Notes: generated from the sequence alone by a model not told the origin. Numbered from the stretch's first letter, positions 14,078-27,588 are shown. The stretch is 64,000 nucleotides of DNA from Phyllobates terribilis (GCF_046119375.1 NW_027362761.1:663958001-664022000); one strand, 5' to 3'. Numbers and translations: made by a program.

Positions 14078-14223
14078 GATTGACGACAACACAAGGAACA
14101 GTTACATGTTCCTCACAGCATCGACAACCATCGGTAAGCCCGTTGTTATTAAATTCAGATTCGAGGAGGCAGCAGTCCCAGCAGATGTCTCCAACTATAT
14201 CTCCTCTTTCACCTATTACTCAG
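14078..14223 (+). CDS. CRTC1: CRTC1 homologue internal coding exon (phase 1 to 0): (G)[48 protein letters not shown]
   Basis: Acceptor TTTTCATTTTAG, donor CAG|GTATGA, length 146 nt = 2+48x3. The translation resembles human CRTC1 as I recall it ([33 protein letters not shown]) and joins in frame to the exon at 27589. Confidence 0.9.
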
Positions 14224-14399
14224 GTATGAAGATTATTCTAACTATGCCTTAAAGAAGTTCTACAGTTAGTTTCTCTTTTTTTAATAGAATAGGAAAATAT
14301 TAAATTTTCGTATATACATTGTTCAAAAAAATAATAAGGAAACACTTGCACATCATAGTTTAACTTCAATTTAGTTAAACTTCAGTAATGTCAATCTGT

Positions 14400-15260
14400 C
14401 TAGTTAAGAAGGGTGAGCGATTGTGAATCCGTTTCATTTGCTAGTGTGCACATGAAAGTGACAACACTGGAGAGGCAGCACCAGGACAACTTACAAAAAG
14501 GAATGGTTTTGCAGGTGCTGGCTATAGAAAATTACTCTTTTCTTATCCTTCCTGACTGATTCTTCTCAAGCTTTATGTTTTGCCTGTGCCCAGGACAACG
14601 GGCCATTACATGAGGAGAGCTGGGCAGGGCAGTAGAAGGACATCAACCAGCATCAAGTGTAATATCTGTTATATTGTGCGAGTAGGAACATAAGGAGCAT
14701 TTCCAGATTCCTACACTATGACCTTCCATGGGCTGCTGGTTTGCATTTTTCTGACCGTATTGTCAGAAACAGACTCTGAGAGTGGCATTAGGGCCCGATG
14801 TCCTGTAGTGGTACCTGTTCTCGCAGCCTGGTACAGTGCATGTTGATCAGCATTTACCAGAGAAAATCACAATTTCAGTCCACCATTGGCCCACATCTCT
14901 TCATGGAACACTGAGCACATGTGACTGATGTGAAAGAATGTGGAGATGCCGTTGTCAACGTTCTGCTGCCTGATAAATCAGCCAGCATGACCAATTTGTT
15001 GGTGAGTCAATGATGTTCTGGAGTGGCAAGTACTTAATCTGTCTCATAAATCTCCATGTGATTTCCAACTCTAAACTGATTTTTGTTAAGTACTGGAAGG
15101 AAATCTTCAAAGCCATTGTCAAAACTTACACTCTTGCATTTGACTCTGGGTGCCTTCTGGTGTAGGGCAATGCCCGGCCTCATGTTGCAAGAGAGTGTAG
15201 GCAGTTCCTGAATGATATAGGCATTGATGTCATTGACTGGCCTCAAAGCTGAATCCAGAT
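14400..15260. mobile_element. Degenerate, internally rearranged Tc1-like remnant related to 22280-23670
   Basis: Segments resemble that family (TCTTCACAGATGAAAGCAGG-like, CAGGACAATGCC-like) in mixed orientations. Confidence 0.6.
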
Positions 15261-16776
15261 GAGAACTAGTGATGGGTAGTGTTGAGCAAATTTGTTCGGC
15301 ATTTCAAATTCGTGTTCATGTTCGGGGTTCCAGCTTGTTCGCGCCAAAAAATCGGCTCCGCCCATGAACATCCCTGATTTGCCACGCTGTCACGCAGATA
15401 ACAATCTTCTTTTGAGAAGTACGCAAAACTCTGATCGACCATGCTTCTATGCACACTTAAAAAGATGGACACTTGTGGATCATAGGCCAGAAGGAGTCCA
15501 AAGTGACCCCACCTTCCTAATTATAGGGAATCTTCCATCGGGGTTCTGTCAGAATCACTTATTTCAGAGGTTTACACGGAAACCCCAGTGTAAGTGCTAG
15601 GTGTAGAGCGCAGGATAAATGTGAGCTGAGCCTTCCAGCGATCTTTGGGAGGAAGAATAAACAAACAGCAGTTCAAGAATTGCTTTTATTTATTTTTTAG
15701 AAGGAAGAGTTGGCGTGCACTCCGTGTAGGAACTTTGAGGTGCTGGTGAAGTGGGATGGAACCCAGTGATTTGTAAGCAATGAATCACCGCACACTCTTG
15801 AAGAAATTTGCAGATAATTAATTTCACATATAGTGAGTACGACAAAAGGCACTGGTATAGAAAATATTTTTTTAGGCCGTTCACTGTGAGGTATAAGTGA
15901 TAAAGCGTATTAATCTTTGGGTCAGTACGATTACAGCGATTACAGATTAAAGTATTTTTTTTAAGATTTTGCTATTATCACGCACTAAAAACATTTTTTT
16001 TTCTTTTTTTTTTTACATTAAGTTTTTGTATTGCCATATTTTCAGAGCTATTATTTTTCTATATTTCTGCTGACCGGTTTTTGTGAGGGCTTTTTTTTGC
16101 GAGATAAGTTGAAGTATTTATTGGTACCGTTTTCTGGCATATCACTTTTCTCCCTTGACCCATGACAGCACCATAAGAGCGGGTCCACCTGTGAGACTGT
16201 CTGTACCATGAGAGAGGAAACCTGTGGATACAAAAAGGCGGAACCTTCCGCCATTCCCCAGTGGTTTCCTGTCCTAGAAGCAGGATCCTGCGGACGTCCA
16301 GGCACTGCCTGGGATCAGGCGAGGATATTTTTCTTCACCCAGCAAGAGACTGCCTTCTCACTGGGTGGTTGATGAGTGGTAATTTCCTCATTAAGACTGT
16401 GCCCGGGCCCCACAAGAGCCCCCCTATTATCCAGGATCGGCAAGGATATGATCGACCGCAGACATCCGAGTAAATCAGACAGGTCTGTGGTCTGCCATCA
16501 GCAGTTCGTCTTGGTTCCCTGTCCAGACTGGCCGAGCAGTGTCTGTCACAATGGTCACAAGTTCTATTAGTGACCCAGGTTTCTCCGGGCCACATCCCAG
16601 AATGCTCCCTTTCCACAGCCGCACTGCATCCAGTCATGATTTCATGTGAAATCCTCACACATGAAAGATCCTTTACTGATGCCATCGCGCAAGATGCAGG
16701 GAGGTGACGGGCTTCGGCTCGCGTTGATTAGGGACACACTCTAGGGGTGTGCAGTCCTCTTGTCAGCTGCCAAATC

Positions 16777-17153
16777 TGATAACAGAGGTGCATGCACGTA
16801 TACGGAGAAATGATGACACTTGACTGCCAGTCTGGAGTCAAAGCATAAATTCTGTTTACTAATCAAGTTACACAAGTTTATATAGCAAATGTCTTGTGTG
16901 TTTCCAATGATTGCATATTTTTATTCTTGATCATTGCTGAAAGGTGCAATTATTACATTTACTCATGATTATTGCTTACAGCTGCAAAATAAATTAGCGA
17001 AATCAGAGCAAGCAGATCAATGTCCATATGAGCAGAAGCAGATCAATGCCCATATAAGCCTGACACGTCTTATAAGGCCTCTGAAGCTAACACAGGTGTG
17101 GTACAGAGTGTCAACAATTTGTATATCTTCATTAGTTACTAATATCCTTAACA
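16777..17153 (-). mobile_element. ERV 3' LTR (377 bp) preceded by a polypurine tract
   Basis: Minus strand reads AAAGAGGGGAC|TGTTAAG...CTATATAAA...AGTAAA...TTATCA, directly downstream of the env stop and 3' UTR. Confidence 0.75.
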
Positions 17154-17405
17154 GTCCCCTCTTTGGACATATGCAAAACCTAGCCCTATTCTCGTCGAGT
17201 CTATTGATCTGTCCTAGTGCATCGATGGTTGTTTCACCGTTTACGAGACAACCCATCCCTTGTGTATGGACCCCTCCTAACGGACTTGTGCAGAAGGAAG
17301 TCAGATCCTATTCTGTCTCTCATTAGCAAGTTCCAATTAGGCAATTAGGCATACTCCTCAGTGAGGGGAAGTGGAAACCTCCTCAGGGGATCATAGTAGC
17401 CTTCG

Positions 17406-18320
17406 TCATTTGGATCCTCGAAATCTGCATGCATTTGCCACCACAGTGTTTTCCATAGTTTGTCTCATGATTTTCTTCACACATGAAGCTACACAGCACA
17501 GAATTAAGGTCAATATCATCAAAACACATAGGATAACTACCCCTAGTTTGATAAGGGCTCTTTGCCATCCATCTCACCACCCAAACCAGGTATCAAATAG
17601 ATCCTTTACACATGAGTCCTGGGCTATTTCTTATGATAAGTCAGTAAATCGTTTAAGTGCCTTAGTTATGCTCCCATCCGGGGCTGTATTATTGGGTATA
17701 TATGTGCAGCAGTTAATCCCTATCATTTTGCAGACCACCCTTTTTCTGCCAGAATCATGTCTAGTGCTATCCTGTTTTGGAAGGTCATAATGGATGTGGA
17801 ACCTAGCTGCTCAACAATTCCTTTTAGGTCATCCCTAGTATAGCTCACAAACCGTTGTTGATTATAGTATAGATCATTTATCCAAGCTACATTTTTATTT
17901 GCCATTATTATGGGGAAAATGGATTCAAATCCAGCTGCTACTTGGTCTCTAGCTTTGAATTTCTTAGGCACTCCCTGTGGGACTCCCAAGTCATCTATGT
18001 AGACATGAGAATCAAAAGACCCTTTTAATTCCCTTTTCATTTTGTACTTTAACCTAATACATATAACCCTTGATCTCTGAGGGATTTTCGATAGTGAGGT
18101 ACAGGGTTATGCATCTATCCTTAGGACAATACACTGCGGGGATGGGGATTATTGGATCCGAAAAGCGTCTCCTGCCTTGAAAATGGGCTTTTGTTGGGGT
18201 CATGTGGGTTAATAGACTCTTTCCCTATTTATCCTTGCGTTCTGTTTGGGAAACGTCTGAAGTGCCTGTGTATAAAGTAACATACCCAGCACATCACCAG
18301 GGCAAGAGCGAAACCCCTTC
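17406..18320 (-). pseudogene. Endogenous retrovirus env remnant (gamma/epsilon-like fish/amphibian type)
   Basis: KMKR cleavage-like site, GSFDSHVYID...GVP...KARDQVAAGFES, NKNVAWIN..YYNQQRF, immunosuppressive-domain motif QNRIALDMILAEKG. After a frameshift come VCKMIGINCC (CX6CC) and a TM helix (GVVILCVLMILTLILCC). Stop at 17406-17408. Confidence 0.88.
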
Positions 18321-18414
18321 TCACGTGCCACTGAAGTAATGATAATGTATCAATGCATCAGGCAGTGGCTTCCTTGTCTTGTCACTCATTGATGACAGTG
18401 CAGAGCACAGTAGT

Positions 18415-19465
18415 TGTGACTCACCCCCTGGACCTGTGCTGGGGAACCCGGAACCGGGCCTGTTTGTAGTATGCTGGGGGTTGTAGTCTCCGTGTGGCGG
18501 TGACCCGGTCCGTGGCTCAGGGTGGTCAAACCAGTGGCAGCCTATTTGTATTGTAATGGTCCGACTACGCCACCCGTGGATTGCGGTCAGTGGGGACCGC
18601 CGCTGCGCTGCAGACCGCTGAGGCTGATGTTGTATGCGCAGCCAAGAATGGGATAACTCCCCACGGGAGAAGTATTGCCTCAGGGCAGCTGGTGTGGATG
18701 ATGGGAGTGATGGTGTGAGCGTCCCAATACTAATGGTGCTGATGCGGCGATGAAACACAGACGTGTGGTTGCAGTTCAGGGTCTTTACTGGTGTTATAAG
18801 GCAGACCCTCCCAGGAGTACTGGCTAGTATAAGGGGCCTGGTCAGTCTGCGAGCAAGCAGGAGTTCCCCTGGCCAGGTGGAGTTGTAGGCCTCCCCGTTT
18901 ATCTGCACTCTTCCTGGCTACCTTGCTGTCAGCGGTTACAAGTAGCCCACGTCCCTGAGTATACCGTGTGGTGCTCACCCGTATGGCTGGTGACTTGGGG
19001 CCTTCTGTTAGCCTCCGCTCCTGGATGGCGGCGCTGGTCCCTTCTTTGTGACTGAACCTCCGGGCTTCTGTGGCCAGAGGACCTGGAATCCCCTGCCGGC
19101 TGGTTTCTGCTGCTGGGTATATATCAGTCCCCACAGCCTCGGACTCCGGTGTCCGGTTACTAAGTTCCTCTGCCAGGATGAGCTATATCTCTGCTCACAG
19201 CCCCTGGTCTTCTGCTTCTGCTCCTACAGAGCTCCTAGGTCTTCCTTTCCCTGTGTCTGCTGTCCTCCAGACCCGACTGCGTCTCTGTCTGGGACTTCAC
19301 TCCCTAATCCCGCCCCAGACCCAGTTTATAAGGGCAGATTCTATCCCCTCCCAGGTCTGGGCGGACCGTGTTGCATGCTTAGGGCTCCTGACCAGAGAAA
19401 CCTCCCACTTGCTCTCAGACATAATATTTCTATTACTGTGGCAACCAGACCCCTGGGGTGCCACA
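18415..19465. mobile_element. Probable solo LTR (~1.05 kb) inserted in a foldback/MITE-like repeat (~18325-20045)
   Basis: TGTGAC...GCCACA termini and GC-rich LTR-like content. No clean TSD found. Confidence 0.55.
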
Positions 19466-20120
19466 GTTGTGTTCAATTTGTCATCTGACTGCTGCCCTAT
19501 GCTCAGGCAGTGACAGACATGACATAGCAGTGTAATGAAGTGAACTCTGACCTATCGGCTGTGCTATGCAGAACACAGCAGTCATATGACAAAGCCATTA
19601 CAACTGCTGCAATGTGAGTAGTAACTAAGAAAATAAAGTAGCCACTGCCTTCTTAACTGGTTCAACTCCACACATGCCCCTTCCATGTATCTTCCACTGG
19701 CTGTTGCTATCTGTCTTCTTCCTGACTCTCCTCCCACATGTATTCCATTCTTGCTCCCCAGGTACTGATCTCTCCTCCTTGCAGTCAGGAGCAGAGGCAG
19801 TAAAACAGGCAGTGGCTTCTTTCCCTTCTCAATCTGCTGGCAGTGCAAAGCCCAGCAGTTGTAATGAGTTTGTCAACTGACTGCTGTGCTATGCAGAGGC
19901 TGGGATCTCGATTACAGAGCTCATTTCATTACACTGCCTGTGGATAGTGCAGCAGTTACATGACTGATCACAACTGCTGCACTCAGAGTTGTGGAGGTAC
20001 AAACACTCAGTGGCTTCTTTGTCTTCTAACACTGCCTGTCAGTCTTTCTACAGCATCCATTAAAAAATAACTTGCATTATAATAAAGTTTACATTTTTGC
20101 ATACTTTTTCTAACACCACC

Positions 20121-22017
20121 ACAACAGAAGACCAGCAACCATCTAGCTGATTTTCATAAGATGATATCAGATTTTTTTTTTTTTTTTAAATGGAATAATT
20201 TTATTTCATCAATATTAAAATCATAATAAAATTACAGGTACTTTCCGTGACCAACCAACTACCAATTGCATCAGATTTAAATTACACCAGAATTACGTTG
20301 CACCTATTCTAAATTTATTAGGTGCAAATGCCTACCAATTAATTTAAAAATTACAATGGCCTTCTGTGCATGGTAGTGTTGGTTTATGGTTGGGTCATAA
20401 ACCAACGCTACCGTGCACAGAATGCCATTGTAATTTCTGTAAGTAAGCCATTTATTTTATGAATAGACACTAGTTCTGATGCACAAACCTGCATTTAACA
20501 ACCTCTTTGGCCAGCACATGATTGCACTTACACCTCACAATTGGACATATTATTGCTGTTTGCACATTGAATTGCTGTTATTCATGCAGGACTTTGTAAA
20601 GCTCATACACAGAATTGTGGCAAGGCACAGATCTGGCCAAGGTTACAAAAGAATTTCTGCATTACCCAAGGTTCCTAAGAGCACAGTGGCCTCAATAATC
20701 CTTAAATGGAAGAAGTTTGGGACCACCAGAAGTCTTCCTAGACCTGGCCATCCAGCCAAACTGAGCAATCGTGGGAGAAGAGCCTCGGTGAGAGAGATAA
20801 AAAGAACCCCAAGATCACTGTGGCTGAGCTCCAGAGATGCAGTAGGGAGATGGGAGAAAGTTACACAAAGTCAACTATCACTGCAGCCCTCCACCAGTCG
20901 TGCCTTTATGGCATAGTGGCCCGACGGAAGCCTCTCCTCAGTGCAAGACATATGAAAGCCCGCATAGAGTTTGCTCAAAAACACATGAAGGACTACAAAA
21001 CTATGAGAAATAAGATTCTCTGGTCTGATGAGACAAAGATAGAACTTTTTGGTGATGATTCTAAGCGGTATGTGTGGAGAAAACCAGGCACTGCTCATCA
21101 CCTGCCCAATACAATCCCAACAGTGAAATATGGTGGTGGCTGCATCATGCTATGGGGGTGTTTTTCAGCTGCAGGGACAGGACAACTGGTTGCAATTGAA
21201 GGAAACATTGATGCTGCCAAGTACAGAGATATCCTGGAAGAAAACCTCTTCCAGAGTGCTCTGGACCTCAGACTTGGCCGAAGGTTCACCTTCCATCAAG
21301 ATAATGACCCTAAGCACACAGCTAAAATAACAAAGGAGTGGCTTTAGAAAAACTCTGTGACCATTCTTGACTGACCCAGCCAGAGCCCTGACCTAAACCT
21401 AATTGAGCATTTGTGGAGAGACCTGAAAATGGCTGTCCACCAACGTTCACCATCCAACCTGACGGAACTGGAGAGGATCTGCAAGGAAGAATGGCAGAGG
21501 ATCCCCAAATCCAGGTGTGAAAAACTTGGTGCATCATTCCCAAGAAGACTCATGGCTGTACTAGCTCGAAAGGGTAGTTCTACTCAAAACTCAAAAAGTT
21601 TTTCTTTTTTAATGAATTTGCAAAAATGTCTAAGTTTCTGTTTTTTTTCAGTCAAGATGGGGTGCAGAGTGTACTTTAACGAGAAAAAAATGAACTTTTT
21701 AGAATTTACCAAATGAGTGAAAAATGTAAAGGGGTCTGAATACTTTCCGTACCCACTGTATATAGACTAATGTATTGAGATCTATAATAGCTCATAAACT
21801 AATTGGTAGGAATTTGCACCTTATAAATTTAGAATAGGTGCAATGTAATTCTGGAGTAATTTAAATCTGATGCAATTGGTAGTTGGTTGGTCATGGAAAG
21901 TACCTGTAATTTTATTATGATTTTAATATTGATGAAATAGAATAATTTTATTTTAAATAAAAAAAATTTGATATCTTCTTATGAAAATCAGCTAGATGGT
22001 TGCTTGTCTTCTGTTGT
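20121..22017. mobile_element. Foldback element with ~220-bp inverted arms enclosing a central hairpin and a Tc1 fragment
   Basis: About 20121-20340 is the reverse complement of about 21800-22017. Internal palindrome at about 20350-20435. Confidence 0.8.
20560..21758 (+). mobile_element. Tc1-like transposon lacking its left end, transposase disrupted
   Basis: Motifs WSDETKIELFG, HQDNDPKH and SPDLNLIEHLW, with frameshifts and stops. Right TIR ...TACTTTCCGTACCCACTG|TA. Confidence 0.9.
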
Positions 22018-22279
22018 CGTGATAATATAGAAGGGAAGTAGTAATTACAATTGACGTTTGAGTATATTATACTTTTTCTAAACCCCAACTAGGATTCGGG
22101 TTAGGACTAGGATTAGTGGTAGAGAAATAACTGAAGCCCCCATACATAGTGGACGATGGTTGAAAACGGCGAGATTAGCCGATAATCTTATGTATGTTTA
22201 CCCCTGACTAATGATGAAGCTCCGCTAGAGACTGTGAAATTGGCTATATACTTCAGTACTGTTGGAACTGTAGTACATA

Positions 22280-23670
22280 CACTGCTCAAAAAAATAAATG
22301 GAACACTTAAACAACAGAATATAACTCCAAGTAAAACAAACTTCTGGGAAATCCAACTGTCCACTTAGGAAGCAACACTGATTGACAATCAATTTCACAT
22401 GCTGTTGTGCAAATGGAATAGACAATAGATGGAAATTATTCGCAATTATCAAGACACCCTCAAAAAAGGAGTGGTTCTGCAGGTGGGGACCACAGACCAC
22501 ATCTCAGTACCAATGCTTTCTGGCTGATGTTTTGGTCACTTTTGAATGTTGGTTGTGCTTTCACACTCGTGGTAGCATGAGACGGACCCTACAACCCACA
22601 GAAGTTGCTCAGGTAGTGCAGCTCATCCAGGATGGCACATCAATGCGAGCTGTGGCAAAAAGGTTTGCTGTGTCTGTCAGCGTAGTGTCCAGAGGCTGGA
22701 GGCGCTACCAGGAGACAGGCCAGTACACCAGGAGACGTGGAGGGGGCGGTAGGAGGGCAACAACCCAGCAGCAGGGCGCTTGGCATTTGCCACAGAACAC
22801 CAGGATTGGCAAAGTCGCCACTGGCGCCCTGTGCTCTTCACAGATGAAAGCAGGTTCACACTGAGCACATGTGACAGACGTAACAGAGTCTGGAGACGCC
22901 GTGGAGAGCGATCTGCTGCCTGCAACATTCTTTAGCATGATCGGTTTGGCAGTGGGTCAGTAATGGTGTGGGGTAGCATTTCTTTGGAGGGCCGCACAGC
23001 CCTCCATGTGCTCGCCGGAGGTAGCCTGACTGCCATTAGGTACCGAGATGAGATCCTCAGACCCCTTGTGAGACCATATGCTGGTGAGGTTGGCCCTGGG
23101 TTCCTCCTAATGCAGGACAATCCCAGACCTCATGTGGCTGGAGTGTGTCAGCAGTTTCTGCAAGATGAAGGCATTGAAGCTATGGACTGGCCTGCCCCTT
23201 TCCCAGACCTGAATCCGATTGAGCACATCTGGGACATCATGTCTCGCTCCATCCACCGTCACGTTGCACCACAGACTGTACAGGAGTTGGTGGATGCTTT
23301 AGTCCAGGTCTGGGAGGACATCCCACAGGAGACCATCTGCAACCTCATCAGGAGCATGCCCAGGCGTTGTAGGGAGGTCCTACAGGCACGTGGAGGCCAC
23401 ACACAATACTAAGCCTCATTTTGACTTGTTTTAAGGACATTACATCAAAGTTGGATCAGCCTGTAGTGTGTTTTTCCACTTTAATTTTGGGGGTGACTCC
23501 AAATCCAGGCCTCCATTGGTTAATAAATTTGATTTCCATTGATGATTTTTGTGTGATTTTGTTGTCAGCACATTCAACTTTGTACAGAACAAAGTATGCA
23601 ATGAGAATATTTCATTCATTCAGATCTAGGATGTGTTATTTGAGTATTCCCTTTAGTTTTTTGAGCAGTG
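22280..23670 (+). mobile_element. Tc1-like transposon, internally deleted
   Basis: TA|CACTGCTCAAAAAA...TTTTTGAGCAGTG|TA. N-terminal HTH region plus LFTDESRF, MQDNPRPH and PDLNPIEHIW; the middle of the DNA-binding region is missing. Confidence 0.92.
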
Positions 23671-24299
23671 TAGTACAAAAGAACAGACGATTATAGGTTC
23701 TAGTCCTTCAAGGGGACGAAAGTAAGAGAAATTTAAAATATATATATATATATATGAATATCGGTGTAGATAAGATATTTAGGTTTCTTCTTCTTGCATT
23801 TTTGTGGTGTCATAGCAGCCAAAAAGCTGCAATTCTGGCAATTAGATTTTTTTTTCTCTTTACGTCATTTATCTCTCAGGTCAATTTTATATTTTGATAG
23901 AACACACTTTTACTTTTTTTTTATGGAAATGAAAAGGGAGTTTAATCAATTTTTTAGATTTATTTTAAAACTTTTTTTTACCTCTCTTTTTAGTCACCTT
24001 AGGGGACTTGCACCTGCAATTGTCTGATCATTTACAACGGTATTGTGGTATATAGTAAAAATCATACACTCCTCTGAATCCTGAACTCCTACATACAGAT
24101 CATGGGGCCCCCATAGCAGAAGTTTTATTTCCCGCTCACCCCCCCCCCCCCCACTTAACAAAAAAAAAATACTCAGCCTCAGAAGAGCATCTCAGAAGAT
24201 CATATCTCACAACTTTGCAGTCTTTATAAAGTAATTTTCCTCCTATTGAAGCCATAGATTCCCTTGCATTGCACCCATAAAGTACGATGCCAATAAAAG

Positions 24300-25330
24300 T
24301 GCTCCCCAAACACAGTATAATACCCCCACAGTGAATTCCTCCACACGCACAGTATAATGACACTACTGTACCTCAACTTCACAGGTGACCCCAACACAGT
24401 ATGATCCCCCAACTGTGACCCCCACACAGCCCTCCATAAAGTATAAAGTCTCCCACTCATCTCTCCAAATATTATAATGGCCCCCGCATAACCCTCCAAA
24501 TATAATGGCCCCACATAGTCATCCAAATATTCTAATAGCCCCCTGTAGCGCTCAATATAGTAGAATGGGCCCCATAGTCCTCCATATAGTAGAATGCATT
24601 GCCCATAGTCCTCCATACAGTATAATGCACTCCCTATAGTCCTCCATAGTCCATACCGCATAATGCACTTCCATAGTCTTCCAAATAGTATAATGCAGCC
24701 CATAGTCCTCCATGCAGTATTTTGCACTCCCTGTAGTGCTCCATACAGTGTAATGCGCCTCAGTATTCCATATAGTAAAATGCACTCCCCATATTCCTCC
24801 ATACAGTATTATCCAACCCCATAGTTATCTATACAGTATCATGCACTTCCCATCGTCCTCCCGTCAGAATTCCTGTTGTCCTTCTACAGTAGTTTGACCA
24901 CCAGTGGCTGCTATTGTTCACCTTAAAAATTGTGCTACAATCCCACTCCTTACGACTGGAGGCTGCTGATGTGTTCTGCAATTGCCCTTTACTAAGATGG
25001 CAGATTCCGAACCTGTGGGATCCATCTTGTTTCCTGTTTGGACCTACTTACAGTCTCATGAATCTCTCATTCATTGCTTGAGTATTGTGTTTAGCTGTTA
25101 GCCTAGTTTTAGTCTCCAGCTCCTGAATATTTTTTCCCAGACTGCTCTCACCTATCTATGGATTGTTTCCTACAACTCTTTTTCTTAACTCCAAGAACTT
25201 CTACTACCGCTTGCTGTTCCTGCTTGTGCTCCTTTGGCCACTGGTTTCCAGCAGTATTACACCAGTGTCGTAACACCTCCATTCAGTATAATGCACTCTA
25301 TAGTCCTCCATATAGTATTCTGGCCACCAC
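24300..25330. repeat. Degenerate ~30-bp minisatellite (CCCCATAGTCCTCCATACAGTATAATGCA), interrupted by a solo LTR
   Basis: Visible periodic motif from about 24300 to 24860, resuming at 25276. Confidence 0.8.
24862..25275. mobile_element. Solo LTR (414 bp) with 5-bp TSD CCTCC
   Basis: CCTCC|CGTCAG...GTAACA|CCTCC; the left terminus reads CG rather than TG. Confidence 0.7.
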
Positions 25331-25537
25331 AATGTACTTATGTATTCTCCTCCTCAATCCCCCACTGCTCTGGTCCCTGCAGTGAGCTTTCTGAAGCGCC
25401 CACACATCTCTGGACAGCGGTCCATAAGTAGTGATGTCATTACACCCGCTGTCCTCTGAAAAAAAAATTTTGTTCATTGCTGTGTGTGTTTGTATATGTA
25501 TGTGTATATATATTAATATAATGTGTATCTATGTGTG

Positions 25538-26561
25538 CAGTTGAAACTAGAAGTTTACATACACAATATAAAAAGACACATATGCATGTTTTTCTCAATA
25601 TCTGACATGAAATCACAATAAAGAATTCTCATTTTAGGTCAATTAGGATTATCATAATTTTCAATATTTGCCAGATGCCAGAATAATGAAATAGAGAGAC
25701 AAAACTGGTGTAACTGATCCAGGTTTGTAGGTCCCTTGCTTGCACCTGCCTTTTCAGCTTTGCCTATAGATTTTCAATAGGATTGAGATCAGGGCTTTGT
25801 GATGTCCACTCCAAAACACTGACTTTGTTATCCTTAAGCCACTTTGTTACCATTTTGGCAGTATGCTTCGGGTCATTGTCCATTTGGGAGGCCCAAGCTT
25901 TAACTTCCTGGCTGATGTCTTGAGATGTTGCTTCAGTATTGCCACATAATATTCTTTTCTCATGATGCCATCTATTTTATGAAGCGCACCAGTCCCTCCT
26001 GCAGCAAAACAACCCCACAACATGATTCTGCCACCCCTGTGTTTCACAGTTGGAATGGTATTCTTAGGCTTCCAAGCTTCTCCCTTTTTCCTCCAAACGT
26101 AACGATGGTCATTATGCCCAAAAAGTTCAATTTTAGTTTCATCAGACCACAGGACATGTCTGCAACAATTAAGGTCTTTGTTCCTGTGTTCATTTGCAAA
26201 TATTAATCTGGCTTTTTAATGTTTCTTTTGGAGTAATGGCTTCTTCCTAGCAAAGTGGCCCTTCAGCTCATGTTGATACAGTACTCGTTTCACTGTGGTT
26301 ATTGACACAATCTTACCAGCTTCTGCCATCATCTTTTGCTTTTGTCCTTGGGTTACTATGCACATGTCGGACCAAAGCACGTTTATCTCTGGGACACAGA
26401 TCCCGTCTCCTTCCTGAGCGGTATGATGGCTGGACATTCCCATCATGTTTGTACTTGTGTATAATTGTTTGTACAGATGAACGAGGTACGTTCAGGTATC
26501 TTGAAATTGTACCCAAGGATGAGCCAGACTTGTGCAAGTCCACAATTCTCTTCCTGATATC
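25538..26561 (-). mobile_element. Sleeping Beauty-like Tc1 element, truncated and decayed
   Basis: IR CAGTTGAAACTAGAAGTTTACATACAC. Minus-strand [28 protein letters not shown] and VQPSYRSGRRR. Confidence 0.88.
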
Positions 26562-26703
26562 TACAGTATTTAGACTATTTGAACATAGCAGTGGGGAAGG
26601 TGACTAAATTGGCGGTGATGGGGCAGCTGAGCCAATGAATGAGAGGCAGTTGCTGTCTCATGGCTCTTCTTGTTAGCCCTCCCACAATCTCTTCTGTTTA
26701 GTG

Positions 26704-26898
26704 CAGGGATGTCAAACTTAAACACACAGAGGGCCAAAATGAAAAACTTGGGCAGAGTCATGGGCCAACCAATATACAGGATAATGGGCCCCACAAAGTC
26801 CTCCATACAGAATAATGGCCTCACATATGGGTGGTGGTTCTGGTATTTAGGGCCAAATAATACCACCCTGGCACACGGGCCAGAGTTTGACATGTATG
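26704..26898. mobile_element. hAT MITE
   Basis: CAGGGATGTCAAACT...AGTTTGACATGTATG, 8-bp TSD GTTTAGTG on both sides. Confidence 0.85.
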
Positions 26899-27588
26899 GT
26901 TTAGTGTGACATGAAGGGGGTATAAGTGAATCAGAAGACTTATAATAAGGTATTATTTATTCACGTTATCCACGTTTAACATTTTCTGTGATCATTTGTA
27001 CCTGTTTAGGAGCCTTTAACTGCAAAGTGTGTCCTTGCACAACCCCCTTTAAGCAGTTAAACAGCAACAGACAGAGCTTGCACTGTTTGCTACTGTTGAG
27101 ACCTATGCCAACTATACAATGCAGCTGCTAGCTGCTATGTAGATGTGGGCTCAGCTCCTGAGCGTGCACCTGATATCTAATATACGAGATATATGAGGAA
27201 TGTCAAAAAGTAAAGAGAATCTGTTAGGCCCTTCATTCTGTCCTCTCTGACTGACAAATTTCCCCTATTACTGTATATAAGGAAGAATCTTTAAATTAGT
27301 GGCTGCAAGGTGAGCAGAAACCTGAAGCACATGAATATTGCTGAATATTGGGAATAAGTTGTAAGCTCTCCTAAATAACACATACATACCACTGTAACAG
27401 CATGTCTGTGTAAATTATGCTGTCCTAATTGTAGTCAGCTGAAAGGGGCTAACCAGTTTTTTTGAAATGTTGTGTGATAGTCATTTTAGCTTTTGACTTT
27501 TTTGTCTGTATTACACTATGTAAATGTCAGAATATGTTTGTTTGTCTTTTTGACATGTCAAGTGTATTGGTATTTTTTACTTTTATAG

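Noticed and set aside
14028-14252. 74-aa ORF from the track as a gene
   Set aside because: It is the wrong reading frame over the real CRTC1 exon.
16150-16340. DIRS-like terminal fragment
   Set aside because: A short resemblance only, with no coding support or clear ends.
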